Assembly: GCA_041305185.1 (NCBI GenBank)
Contig: JBFYLW010000065.1
Coordinates: 1 to 63,523 of the forward strand
Length of the DNA: 63,523 bases
Source: Nanobdellota archaeon
GTDB taxonomy: Archaea; Nanobdellota; Nanobdellia; Woesearchaeales; ARS49
Reading direction: 5' to 3'
Position numbers and translations under genes: made by a program. Positions 1-8,046 of this stretch are shown here, one piece after another. Under the pieces are notes generated by a model. The model worked only from the letters and a program-made list of their open reading frames with translations, was not told where the DNA came from and did no database searches. Within the stretch, counting starts at the first letter, position 1. Every line of letters starts with the position of its first letter.

Positions 1-1
1 A

Positions 2-208
2 GAACAAAAACTCGAAATGGTAGCAGGAGAAGATGTTTTGAAGAAAGCCTGCGAAAAAGCAATAGCAGAAAACCCAAAAGCAGTCGAGGACTACAAAAAA
101 GGCGAAGAAAAAGCAATAATGTTCTTGATGGGAGCAGTGATGAAGATGACGAAAGGGACTGCGTCTCCCAATGTAGTGAAGGAATTACTAAAATCACTAT
201 TGAAATAA
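2..208 (+). CDS. gatB: C-terminal fragment of Asp/Glu-tRNA amidotransferase subunit B (GatB/YqeY tail); 5' end lies outside the window
   Basis: The frame is open from the window edge to the TAA at 206-208. The tail ...EEKAIMFLMGAVMKMTKGTASPNVVKELLKSLL resembles the conserved GatB/YqeY C-terminal domain. Confidence 0.6.
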   Translation, partial: EQKLEMVAGEDVLKKACEKAIAENPKAVEDYKKGEEKAIMFLMGAVMKMTKGTASPNVVKELLKSLLK

Positions 209-297
209 CGCATTGAATGACGATTCTTATAGACGGATAGAGAATGTGAGGTCGTTCTACGAAAAAAATAAATAGCGGCTCAATTTCTTGGTTTTTT

Positions 298-1266
298 ATG
301 GCTGATTTTGACGTACAAGAAATTGTTGAATCTCTAAAAAAGAAAGGCATCAACGTTTCAGATAAGTTTGAGCCGATGACAAAAGGGCAGATAAATTTTA
401 TTTTCAAGCTCACTTCAATTAGTGGCGAAAAAAATTATGTTCTTAGAATAGGCGGCAGTAAGGCTTATGAAATTGAAAGATTCGCAAAGCTTGAAAAGTT
501 AACCAAGTGGCTCCGTGAACATAATATACTTATTCCAGATTACTATGACTCGGGAATTGTAGTGTTTAAAGACGGTTCTGCCCATCCTTACGCCGTCCTT
601 GAATATGTCGAGGGAAAAGAAATAGATGAATTAGCGCTTGAAAAATACCGTGATGCGGTTCATGAATCGGTGGCTCTGGAACTTATCAAATTGCACAAAC
701 TTAGCAGCGAGGAGTGTTATAACCTTATGGGCCGTCAAGCGTTTGATGGCAAAAAGTCTTGGAGTGATTACTTGAGCGGCATAATTGAAACGAGTATACG
801 AGAACTGGTACTCGCAGAAACTTCAGGAAAAATTCCTTTCCTGACAAGCATTGGAACAAATACTCTTCGTGAAAAATTCTACAATCTCTTTAACAAATAC
901 AAGGCTGTTTTCGAGAATACACCACTTGGAGTCTTGCATGGAGATATTCATGGACGAAACTTTCTCATAAAGAATGACCAATTAAAAGCTATACTCGACT
1001 TTGACCATGCTGACCTAGGAGATCCTGCATTTGATTTTGTCGGTTATCGTCAACCATTCAATCCAAGGCTTGATATTTATCTGGATTTAAGAGTTAAGGA
1101 TGATCCAACGTTCAACGCTGCAGAATTCAGACAGCGCGTCATCATCTATGGAGCATTTAAGCGTCTTCGTCAGGCCGCGTGGTACGTCCATGACGGAAGA
1201 CTCAGAGAGGCCGAAGATATGCTAAAAGATGCCTGGAAGCTAGTTAATGAATTATTGTCCCATTGA
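298..1266 (+). CDS. Phosphotransferase (APH/choline-kinase-like) family kinase
   Basis: 322-aa ORF with the APH catalytic and Mg-binding signature ...LHGDIHGRNFLI...ILDFDHADLGDPAFDF. Its composition is ordinary purine-rich sense strand, unlike the native flanks. Confidence 0.75.
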   Translation: MADFDVQEIVESLKKKGINVSDKFEPMTKGQINFIFKLTSISGEKNYVLRIGGSKAYEIERFAKLEKLTKWLREHNILIPDYYDSGIVVFKDGSAHPYAVLEYVEGKEIDELALEKYRDAVHESVALELIKLHKLSSEECYNLMGRQAFDGKKSWSDYLSGIIETSIRELVLAETSGKIPFLTSIGTNTLREKFYNLFNKYKAVFENTPLGVLHGDIHGRNFLIKNDQLKAILDFDHADLGDPAFDFVGYRQPFNPRLDIYLDLRVKDDPTFNAAEFRQRVIIYGAFKRLRQAAWYVHDGRLREAEDMLKDAWKLVNELLSH

Positions 1267-1333
1267 GAGTTTCTAACCATTAGAATTTGCCTAGTTTCTT
1301 AGACCATCCAAGAATTTCTACCTTTTATGAGAG

Positions 1334-1387
1334 TTATTGCAACAACCCATCCAGCTCAGAATGCACCCTTGACTCAAAATCAGCAAC
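1334..1387 (-). repeat. Orphan duplicate of the mre11 3' end, including a stop codon
   Basis: The minus-strand reading ...ADFESRVHSELDGLLQ* parallels the real mre11 terminus ...ADFESRVHSELDKLLE* at 2452-2505. 1350-1387 and 2468-2505 match at 37 of 38 nt, and 1355-1387 equals 2473-2505 exactly. Confidence 0.85.
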
Positions 1388-1436
1388 ACTCCTGACAACA
1401 AAAACTTTAAATAGTATATCTGAGTCATACCATTTT

Positions 1437-1988
1437 ATGGCGAGCCCGAGCAAGGAAGAAAACGTGCTAAAACTCATACTGGAAAACAGCCCCCTCAAAG
1501 AATGGCATTTCGAAGAGATAGTCAGAGAAGCCAAAACCACAAAAGCAGTATCAAACAAATGGCTTAAAAAATACACAAAAAAAGGACTGCTGAAAAGAAT
1601 CAAGAAAAAAGGAAAATTTCCCTACTTTACATCAGGAAGCAACAACCCCGCTTATCAGTCCTTGAAGAAAATTTACGCCCTAGAACAACTTTTCAAAAGC
1701 GGACTAATCCAAAAACTATTATCACTCAAAAAAGCCAGAACAATCATAATATTCGGCAGCACAATAAAAGGCGACTGGTACAAAGACTCAGACATAGACA
1801 TTTTCATATACGGAAACGCAGACGAACTTGAAAAAAACATTTATGAACTAAAACTAGGCAGAAACATAGAATTGCACGTTTTCGAAAACAAAGAGGAAAT
1901 ACAAGAAGTCAAGACAGGATTAATAAAAAACATTATCAACGGATATTTCGTAAAAGGCCAAATACAAGACATAGCAGAGGTCGCATGA
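1437..1988 (+). CDS. Minimal nucleotidyltransferase (MNT) with an N-terminal winged-helix-like region
   Basis: Motif IIIFGSTIKGDWYKDSDIDIFIY (GS...DxD). ATG at 1437 lies 22 nt after the TATA-like ctttaaatag. The TTG start at 1287 in the ORF track would read through the orphan mre11 fragment and is unlikely. Confidence 0.75.
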   Translation: MASPSKEENVLKLILENSPLKEWHFEEIVREAKTTKAVSNKWLKKYTKKGLLKRIKKKGKFPYFTSGSNNPAYQSLKKIYALEQLFKSGLIQKLLSLKKARTIIIFGSTIKGDWYKDSDIDIFIYGNADELEKNIYELKLGRNIELHVFENKEEIQEVKTGLIKNIINGYFVKGQIQDIAEVA

Positions 1989-2449
1989 AAATTGATATTG
2001 ACGATTTGGACAAAACATACAAATTATGCATTAGCACAGGAAAATTCAAGGAAAAAACACCTGACACAGAATTGATAAGGTCACTAAAAATTGTGGCTGA
2101 GAAAGGACTGGAATTCATAAAAAACAAATCTAAAGACATACCAAAAGACAGCACTGATTGGACATTCGTATTCAGAGACTACTACGAATCACTAAGGGGA
2201 CTCATTGAAGCATACCTTCTATTCGAAGGCATAGAAGCCGACAACCACCAATGCAAAAACGCACACATCTGCTTTAAGCATCCAGAACTCGAACTCGACT
2301 GGAAATTCCTAGAAACAATCAGACTAAAAAGAAATGCAATAAATTACAGAGGACAATTATTAAAGTATGACGACTGGAATATTTTCAAAATAAGGTTTGA
2401 ACTCCACATAAACCTTTTAAAAAACAAAATTGATGAAAAACTAAAATAA
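1985..2449 (+). CDS. HEPN/KNTase_C-like partner of the MNT
   Basis: 154-aa helical protein whose start overlaps the MNT stop (ATGA at 1985-1988). It has an R-x-x-R-N-x-x-x-Y region (RLKRNAINYRG) but no obvious Rx4-6H histidine. The MNT-plus-HEPN gene order is classic. Confidence 0.55.
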   Translation: MKIDIDDLDKTYKLCISTGKFKEKTPDTELIRSLKIVAEKGLEFIKNKSKDIPKDSTDWTFVFRDYYESLRGLIEAYLLFEGIEADNHQCKNAHICFKHPELELDWKFLETIRLKRNAINYRGQLLKYDDWNIFKIRFELHINLLKNKIDEKLK

Positions 2450-2451
2450 CC

Positions 2452-3633
2452 TCATTCAAGCAGCTTGTCCAACTCAGAATGCACCCTTGACTCAAAATCA
2501 GCAACCCTTTCACCATCAGCTTTCTCAGCAGACAAAACAAGCATCAACTTCTTCGCAAGCTCAACATCAAACTCCTTGAACTGAGCAGAATGCTGGTGCA
2601 ACAAAGAATCCTCAACCTCCTCAACATTCGCCTCCTTAACCATAATAACTTCCAACTCCTTGCTCGAAAAAGCATTCGTATTCTTCAAAACAACAAAAGC
2701 ACCCTTAGCATAAACATCAAGAAAAATATCATTCCAACGCAAATCAGCAGGACGACCAGTCTTCAAACAACCAGACACGCGAATTGTAACAATGGCATTA
2801 TTCACATTCGGCAACCTGCGAACTTCAGCCTCAACCTCAGACAAACTCTTGTTATCAGCACTAACAGAAATACAAACAACAGGATGCGCTGCAAGAGGAA
2901 TATGCTTAATGTCTCCATCATTATACAAAACAAAACTGCCCTGTTTCAGTTTTTCAAGCTCGGAAAAACTGTTAGGAAAAACAGGACCAGGAAAAACAAT
3001 ATTCTTGTACTTGCCAACAGAAGAATTCTCAACAACATGAACATGACCACCAGCATAATAATCAAAACCAGCAGGCAACAAACTAACAGCCAAAGCATCC
3101 ATCTCTCCAAGATCTTTAGGTTTCAATTCAGCCAAAGCGCTATGAAACAAAAAAATCTTGAAACCAGACTCATCCTCCAAAAACTCACGAGCAAGAAGCT
3201 TATAGTAACTCGACTCAAGACCAGCCTTCTTGCCAATCAATCCAACAATCTTAGCACCAGACTTGTCTAAAGTAAAATGAAGTTTAATCCTGTTGTCAGG
3301 CAATTCCTCACCTTTTGCGACGTTAACGCCAAGACCAGCATGCTCCAAAACATCAAGCATGGTTTTACCACTTGGAGAAAAATCATGACTGCCAGCAATA
3401 AAGTAAAGCGGAATACTAGAATCATGCAAACGCTTGAACTGCTCAACAGCAACCTTCAAACTATCAATACCAGGAACAGCAGTATTAAACAAATCACCGG
3501 ATAACAAGACAAAGTTCACTTTTTCGGATAGACATTTGTCGATTGCAGAAACAAAAGCTTCAGTATTAGCCATCCTCAACTTAGGCTCACGCCAGCTACC
3601 CAAATGACAATCAGCAAGATGCGCGAATTTCAT
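2452..3633 (-). CDS. mre11: Mre11-type DNA double-strand-break repair nuclease (calcineurin-like metallophosphoesterase)
   Basis: MKFAHLADCHLG, SGDLFN, AGSHD and GGHVH phosphoesterase motifs in the canonical order. It sits directly downstream of herA. Confidence 0.85.
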   Translation of the reverse strand: MKFAHLADCHLGSWREPKLRMANTEAFVSAIDKCLSEKVNFVLLSGDLFNTAVPGIDSLKVAVEQFKRLHDSSIPLYFIAGSHDFSPSGKTMLDVLEHAGLGVNVAKGEELPDNRIKLHFTLDKSGAKIVGLIGKKAGLESSYYKLLAREFLEDESGFKIFLFHSALAELKPKDLGEMDALAVSLLPAGFDYYAGGHVHVVENSSVGKYKNIVFPGPVFPNSFSELEKLKQGSFVLYNDGDIKHIPLAAHPVVCISVSADNKSLSEVEAEVRRLPNVNNAIVTIRVSGCLKTGRPADLRWNDIFLDVYAKGAFVVLKNTNAFSSKELEVIMVKEANVEEVEDSLLHQHSAQFKEFDVELAKKLMLVLSAEKADGERVADFESRVHSELDKLLE

Positions 3634-3757
3634 GATGATACCTCAAAATAGGCTTCGCAATCATGCCAAGGGGGACTACTCAAAAACAGAGTTTTTGAGT
3701 TCCCGGAAATCAAAGATTTCCGCGATAACGCCCGTCCCCCTTTCGAACCCCCGACGC
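3634..3757 (-). other. Structured herA-mre11 intercistronic element: an outer helix enclosing two 8-9-bp hairpins
   Basis: gggggac (3670-3676) pairs with gtccccc (3734-3740). Inside are ctcaaaaac-aga-gtttttgag (3679-3699) and cggaaatc-aaa-gatttccg (3704-3722). The reverse complement of the double hairpin aligns with 7970-8018. Confidence 0.5.
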
Positions 3758-5239
3758 TCATACTAACTTCAATCCCCCAAAACTTTGCCTAACCTTAACA
3801 ACCTTCTTTTCCTCATGCAAAATCTTAATCGGCATAGCAAAAGAAAGGAAATTACTCGTAACAACCGCCTCGCCCTTGTCAAGAGAAGCAATCATACGCT
3901 CATCAGAAGACAAATCCTGCGCAGCACTCTCAATAATAGCCTGACGCTCGGGCTTAAGCTCAATACCCAAAATAATCTTTGTATTAATATTAGCAAGAAC
4001 CTCTCTTGGAATCAAAGAAGGCAACTGAGTAATCGCAATCAAACCAACATTAAACTTACGACCTTCCCTTGCAATCGTAGAAAAAACATTAGAACCACGC
4101 TCAAGCACATCCTTGCCAAGAACTCTAGGCGCTTCCTCCAAAACAATACTAACAACAGGCCTGCTCTTCATCTCCTGCAAAGAATAAGTCTTATGACGCT
4201 CCAAAACCATATTAGCAATCACGCTCCCAATCAAAATCTCAACATTACCATGAAAAGAACTAGTATCAATAATAACAGTCTGACCAGACTCCAAAGCGTT
4301 CACAATATCAGGAACAGTAGTCTGACCAGCATGAACATCAAACACGCCCTGACAAACAACAGCATTGCCGTCAACATCCAAACGCAACAACTGCATCAAA
4401 GTACGCTTAACAACAGCCAAAGTACCCTCATGAAAATCCTGCTTGATAGGATGCTCCAACAAAATAGCACCAATCCAAGCATCCTTGTAAGCATGATAAA
4501 AAGCAGCCAAAGCCTGCCTCTGCGCATCACTCCAATCAACAACACCATCAAAATGACGAGGCAACAACTGACTCAGATTAATCTTCAAAGACCTCCCACC
4601 AGGAGGAGGCTCATGAACAGTAAAATAAACAATCTTATCAGACCTCAATTTCTCAAAATACTCATTATGAGGATCAAGCACTAGCATAGCAGAAAAATCC
4701 TTGTCAAGAGCATCAGACAACAAATTAGTCATCAAGACGCTCTTGCCACGACCAGTAGTGCCTGCAATCAAAACATGATGACTCAAAGCAAGCCTGCCAT
4801 CAATAGAAACAGGAACGTCCAAAACCTTCGAACCAGACCTCAACTTGCCCAAAAACAAAGGATTATGAGGCGTAGTCAAAAAAGAAACATCAGAAGCACA
4901 AATCTCCCTGACTTTCGTAAAAAACGTAGGCAAAGTCTTCGCAGACCGAGCAGACTGCCCAGAAACAAAAGCAAGATTCTTCAAACGCGCAAGAACATAA
5001 TTACGCAACTTAGCATCCATCAACTCAAGCTTGTCATCCTCCTCCAACTTCAAGCCAGAAATAAGCTCCAAATTCTGAGGAGACAACTGAGAGCCATACA
5101 ACAAATCAAAAACCTGCAACAACATCTGACCATCAGAAGTATCAGCAATCAACAACTCGCCAAGCTCCAAAGAAAACCCGCTCTTCTGCCTAACAAGAAT
5201 ATTTCCGAACTCACCACCGATAATCAACCCTTTTGTCAC
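3758..5239 (-). CDS. herA: HerA-type (DUF87/FtsK-like) hexameric helicase ATPase
   Basis: 493 aa with Walker [10 protein letters not shown]. It has the typical HerA N-terminal barrel-like region and lies next to mre11. Confidence 0.8.
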   Translation of the reverse strand: MTKGLIIGGEFGNILVRQKSGFSLELGELLIADTSDGQMLLQVFDLLYGSQLSPQNLELISGLKLEEDDKLELMDAKLRNYVLARLKNLAFVSGQSARSAKTLPTFFTKVREICASDVSFLTTPHNPLFLGKLRSGSKVLDVPVSIDGRLALSHHVLIAGTTGRGKSVLMTNLLSDALDKDFSAMLVLDPHNEYFEKLRSDKIVYFTVHEPPPGGRSLKINLSQLLPRHFDGVVDWSDAQRQALAAFYHAYKDAWIGAILLEHPIKQDFHEGTLAVVKRTLMQLLRLDVDGNAVVCQGVFDVHAGQTTVPDIVNALESGQTVIIDTSSFHGNVEILIGSVIANMVLERHKTYSLQEMKSRPVVSIVLEEAPRVLGKDVLERGSNVFSTIAREGRKFNVGLIAITQLPSLIPREVLANINTKIILGIELKPERQAIIESAAQDLSSDERMIASLDKGEAVVTSNFLSFAMPIKILHEEKKVVKVRQSFGGLKLV

Positions 5240-5328
5240 AACAAAACTGCTTCAGATGCTCTATATATTCTTTATGCGTCTGGAAAATAATCGTTAGATT
5301 TATAACAAAGAACAAACTAACCACGACC

Positions 5329-5559
5329 ATGAAAAAAGAAGTCCGTAAGGCATTGGTGAAAGCGAAAGAGCTTGAAAAAATACCAACACCAACAAAAGAA
5401 GAAATAATCGGCATCTACAAAGAAGGCATGGGAGAAGCAGAAAAACTAAGAAAACTACTCAAGCCAGAATGGTTCGTCAAAGACGAAGATGCAAAAAAAT
5501 GCAAACGAGAACACCTGAAAAAAGCTCGTTCACCGACGAGAAAAAAGAAAACTTTATAA
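5329..5559 (+). CDS. Small Lys/Glu-rich hypothetical protein
   Basis: ATG at 5329 gives MKKEVRKALVKAKELEKIP... The upstream part of the 5233 ORF overlaps the herA start and looks non-coding. Confidence 0.45.
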   Translation: MKKEVRKALVKAKELEKIPTPTKEEIIGIYKEGMGEAEKLRKLLKPEWFVKDEDAKKCKREHLKKARSPTRKKKTL

Positions 5560-5646
5560 ACAACGGTGATTTCTGAAAAGTTGTCGAGAACAAAAATATC
5601 GACGGGGGAAGGTTACACCTTTCTAAAAAAGACGGAGGAATACAAA

Positions 5647-5877
5647 ATGGCAGAAAAAGTAGCTAAAGTCGGAGTAAAAAAAGTTGAAGGCCATCTCTAC
5701 TTTGTAGACAAGGCAGGCGATGTTTCCAGAGCAAAAATGGCTCGCGGAAGAAAAGGAAAAGCAGGAAAAATAGAAAAAGTAGCCAAAGTAAACGTCAAGA
5801 AAGTCGGCGGATACTTGTACTTTGTAGACAAGGCAGGAGATGTCTCACGAGCAAAAATGGCACGAGGAGGCAAATAA
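5647..5877 (+). CDS. Small basic protein built from a tandem duplication of a ~36-aa module
   Basis: GGAGG lies 7 nt before the ATG at 5647. The modules are EKVAKVGVKKVEGHLYFVDKAGDVSRAKMARG and EKVAKVNVKKVGGYLYFVDKAGDVSRAKMARG. Confidence 0.6.
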   Translation: MAEKVAKVGVKKVEGHLYFVDKAGDVSRAKMARGRKGKAGKIEKVAKVNVKKVGGYLYFVDKAGDVSRAKMARGGK

Positions 5878-5898
5878 ATTATTTTTTTTATCTTTTTC
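5878..5898. terminator. T-rich bidirectional terminator region between convergent genes
   Basis: A T8 run (5882-5889) and a T5 run follow directly after the TAA at 5875-5877. Oligo-T is the archaeal termination signal. Confidence 0.5.
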
Positions 5899-6417
5899 TT
5901 ATAATTTTAGCCCTTTAACAGAATTAGGATAATTAGCTTCAAACAAAGCAAGAACCCGTTTTCTAAGATCCTTAAAAACAGAATTAGCATTGCATACAGC
6001 CTCGCCTGTATCCTTGCCAAGAACTTTATTTTGCAAGTAATCTCTTCGAAGCTTGTTAAGTGTTGATACATAAACATCAGCATCCTCCCTGGGCAAGCCA
6101 TACTTTTTCTGCTCCTCTATACATCTAAGACACTCAGTCAAAGACAATGCAAGATTAAGACCAATAGTATTATGCCTCCAGCCATGATAATAATCATACA
6201 AGTTTTTGAATTCCTTTGCAAGAAAATAAGCCAGATGACCTGAAGGAGTGACGTTATTACTATTCATCCAACCATACTTATCCATTAAATCAAGACCAAC
6301 AGCTATAAGTTCATGCTCATCATCCAAAGGATTTGCAATAGAAACTTCCAACCCCGAAACCTCTTTCATAATATTATGAATGACTCTAAACCGCATAAGA
6401 ATCTTATATTCCCACAT
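5899..6417 (-). CDS. Hypothetical protein; start uncertain (alternatives at 6396 and 6369)
   Basis: No recognisable motifs. A TATA-like attcttaaatatct on the minus strand (~6437-6450) would place a leaderless start near 6417. Composition is non-native (T-rich on the + strand). Confidence 0.4.
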   Translation of the reverse strand: MWEYKILMRFRVIHNIMKEVSGLEVSIANPLDDEHELIAVGLDLMDKYGWMNSNNVTPSGHLAYFLAKEFKNLYDYYHGWRHNTIGLNLALSLTECLRCIEEQKKYGLPREDADVYVSTLNKLRRDYLQNKVLGKDTGEAVCNANSVFKDLRKRVLALFEANYPNSVKGLKL

Positions 6418-6537
6418 AAAAACCAGAAAAATTAAGAGATATTTAAGAATATGCTCGATTAAACAGTCAAATATTCTTAAACAACGAAAATTATATATAC
6501 AGCCCAAAAAAGCATACATGAAAAAGAGAGTGGGTTA

Positions 6538-7170
6538 ATGCTAAACAAAATAAAACAATTTTTCAAAGGATTCCTGACAATGTGGGGACCCAGACAAAAC
6601 TTCAAACTAGGATTGTATGGACCGCCAAACTCCGGAAAAACAACACTAGCCAACAAGATATGCATAGACTGGCTAGGCGAAGAAATGGGAAAAGTCAGCC
6701 CGGTACCACACGAAACAAGAGAAGTAAACATCAAAGAAAAAGTCACAATCAAAGCAAAAGACGGAAGAGAACTAATCTTCAACCTGGTAGACACCCCAGG
6801 CATAGCAACAAAAATCGACTATGAAGACTTCATGAAAACAGGAATGCCTGCAACAAAAGCAAAAAAAAGAGCAAGAGAAGCAACAAAAGGAGTCATAGAA
6901 AGCATCAAATGGCTCGATGAAGTCGACACGGTCCTAGTAGTTCTCGACGGCACACAAGACCCATATTCACAAGTAAACGTCACAATCATAGGCAACCTGG
7001 CAGCAAGAAACATACCAGTACTCATAGTCGCAAACAAAGCAGACCTAAAAAAATACAAAGTCAAAAAAGTACAATCAGCATTCCCACAATACGAAGTCCT
7101 GGGAATCAGCGCAAAATACGGCAAAAACATCGACAAGCTATACGAAAAACTATTCGAACTGGCAAAATAA
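6538..7170 (+). CDS. Small GTP-binding protein (Era/Arf-like P-loop GTPase)
   Basis: G1 GPPNSGKTT, G3 DTPG and G4 NKAD motifs. It is the first gene of a tightly packed three-gene operon. Confidence 0.8.
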   Translation: MLNKIKQFFKGFLTMWGPRQNFKLGLYGPPNSGKTTLANKICIDWLGEEMGKVSPVPHETREVNIKEKVTIKAKDGRELIFNLVDTPGIATKIDYEDFMKTGMPATKAKKRAREATKGVIESIKWLDEVDTVLVVLDGTQDPYSQVNVTIIGNLAARNIPVLIVANKADLKKYKVKKVQSAFPQYEVLGISAKYGKNIDKLYEKLFELAK

Positions 7171-7171
7171 A

Positions 7172-7540
7172 ATGGTAACAATACAATTCGTACCCTACAC
7201 AGAAATAGAAAACCTAAGCGGACTAGGAAGAATAAGAAAACTACTCAACATAGCAAAAACAAACAAGATAGTCCTCCTGCAAGGCAGACTCAGAAAAGAA
7301 GAAGAAACAGAACTCATAAAAACAACAATGGAAGAAATAGACAAAAAATTCAAAGGAATAGAACTAGCAGTAATCAATCCCTCACAAACAGCAAAAGACG
7401 AAATACAAAAGTTCAAGTACGGATTCCTAAACATGTTCTTCGGAGACACACAAGGAATGACAATAATCGGGCCATCAAGCATAGTCAAAAGCATAAAAAA
7501 AGACCCAAACAAAATAGAACTTCTAACCAAAGGGAGATAA
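7172..7540 (+). CDS. Archaeal conserved protein of unknown function (recalled as DUF2073-like)
   Basis: It starts 2 nt after the GTPase stop. I recall this GTPase / DUF2073 / Zn-ribbon DUF2072 gene order as archaeal. Family assignment is from memory only. Confidence 0.5.
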   Translation: MVTIQFVPYTEIENLSGLGRIRKLLNIAKTNKIVLLQGRLRKEEETELIKTTMEEIDKKFKGIELAVINPSQTAKDEIQKFKYGFLNMFFGDTQGMTIIGPSSIVKSIKKDPNKIELLTKGR

Positions 7541-7541
7541 C

Positions 7542-7916
7542 ATGCCCCACCAGTGCATCAGATGCAGCAAAATGTATGCTGACGGCGCACACGAAATACT
7601 ATCAGGATGCCCCTGCGGAGCAAAACTATTCTTCTTCATAAGACAGGAAAAACTAGAACAAGCAAAAAAAGAATTCCCAACAGAACTACCAACAGAACAA
7701 AAAAAACAAATAGAAAACGACGTGCTAAACCTAGTAGGAGCAAAAGACGACCTGCCAGTAGTACTCGACTTTGAAAGCATACACGTAGTCAAACCAGGCA
7801 AATACGAACTAGACTTAGTCAAGCTGTTCAACAACTCACCCCTAATATTCAAACTAGAAGACGGCAAATACGTGATAGACATAGCCGAGAGCTTCCAACG
7901 ATTGAGAAAAAAATGA
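7542..7916 (+). CDS. Zn-ribbon protein (DUF2072-like)
   Basis: The N-terminus MPHQCIRCSKMYADGAHEILSGCPCG has a CxxC...CxC ribbon. It starts 2 nt after the previous stop. Confidence 0.55.
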   Translation: MPHQCIRCSKMYADGAHEILSGCPCGAKLFFFIRQEKLEQAKKEFPTELPTEQKKQIENDVLNLVGAKDDLPVVLDFESIHVVKPGKYELDLVKLFNNSPLIFKLEDGKYVIDIAESFQRLRKK

Positions 7917-8046
7917 TTCTTTTTGCATCACGAAGAACTTAGACACTCCTCACTATGCCCTCCGAATATCGGAAAACTGCTGTTTTCCGGAACATCAAAA
8001 ACTTGCGAGTTTTAGATGCTCCCTTCAGTCGGGCTAGTTCGTTGAA
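7917..8046 (+). repeat. Intergenic hairpin-module element E2
   Basis: Hairpins are ttcttt/gaagaa (7917-7937), cggaaaac-tgct-gttttccg (7970-7989) and catcaaaaact-tgcg-agttttagatg (7993-8018). The 16-mer ttagacactcctcact (7939-7954) recurs exactly at 8960-8975. Confidence 0.6.

Noticed and set aside
1287-1436. TTG start extending the MNT ORF by 50 codons. Similar 5' extensions appear in the ORF track for 9938-10045, 5233-5328, 5566-5646, 6418-6519 and 49694-49711.
   Set aside because: The extensions run through the orphan mre11 fragment or through promoter regions. Internal ATGs have proper TATA or SD spacing and begin the recognisable domains.
1334-2505. Diversity-generating retroelement (template/variable repeat pair) as an explanation for the duplicated gene ends. 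The same idea was considered for 54026-54295 and 62173-62430.
   Set aside because: Two of the repeat pairs are 100% identical. The differences in the third pair are not adenine-specific. No reverse transcriptase is nearby. One duplicated segment is a 5' end that includes the start codon.
3785-4684. 299-aa + strand ORF antisense to herA. The same class includes 2590-3270, 4775-5290, 32176-33060, 33057-33680, 53075-54013, 55022-55894 and 61333-62094.
   Set aside because: The translations are low-complexity N/R/K/T/L/Q strings with no motifs. They lie entirely inside well-supported genes on the other strand or in another frame. They are explained by off-frame stop-codon depletion caused by the strand composition bias.
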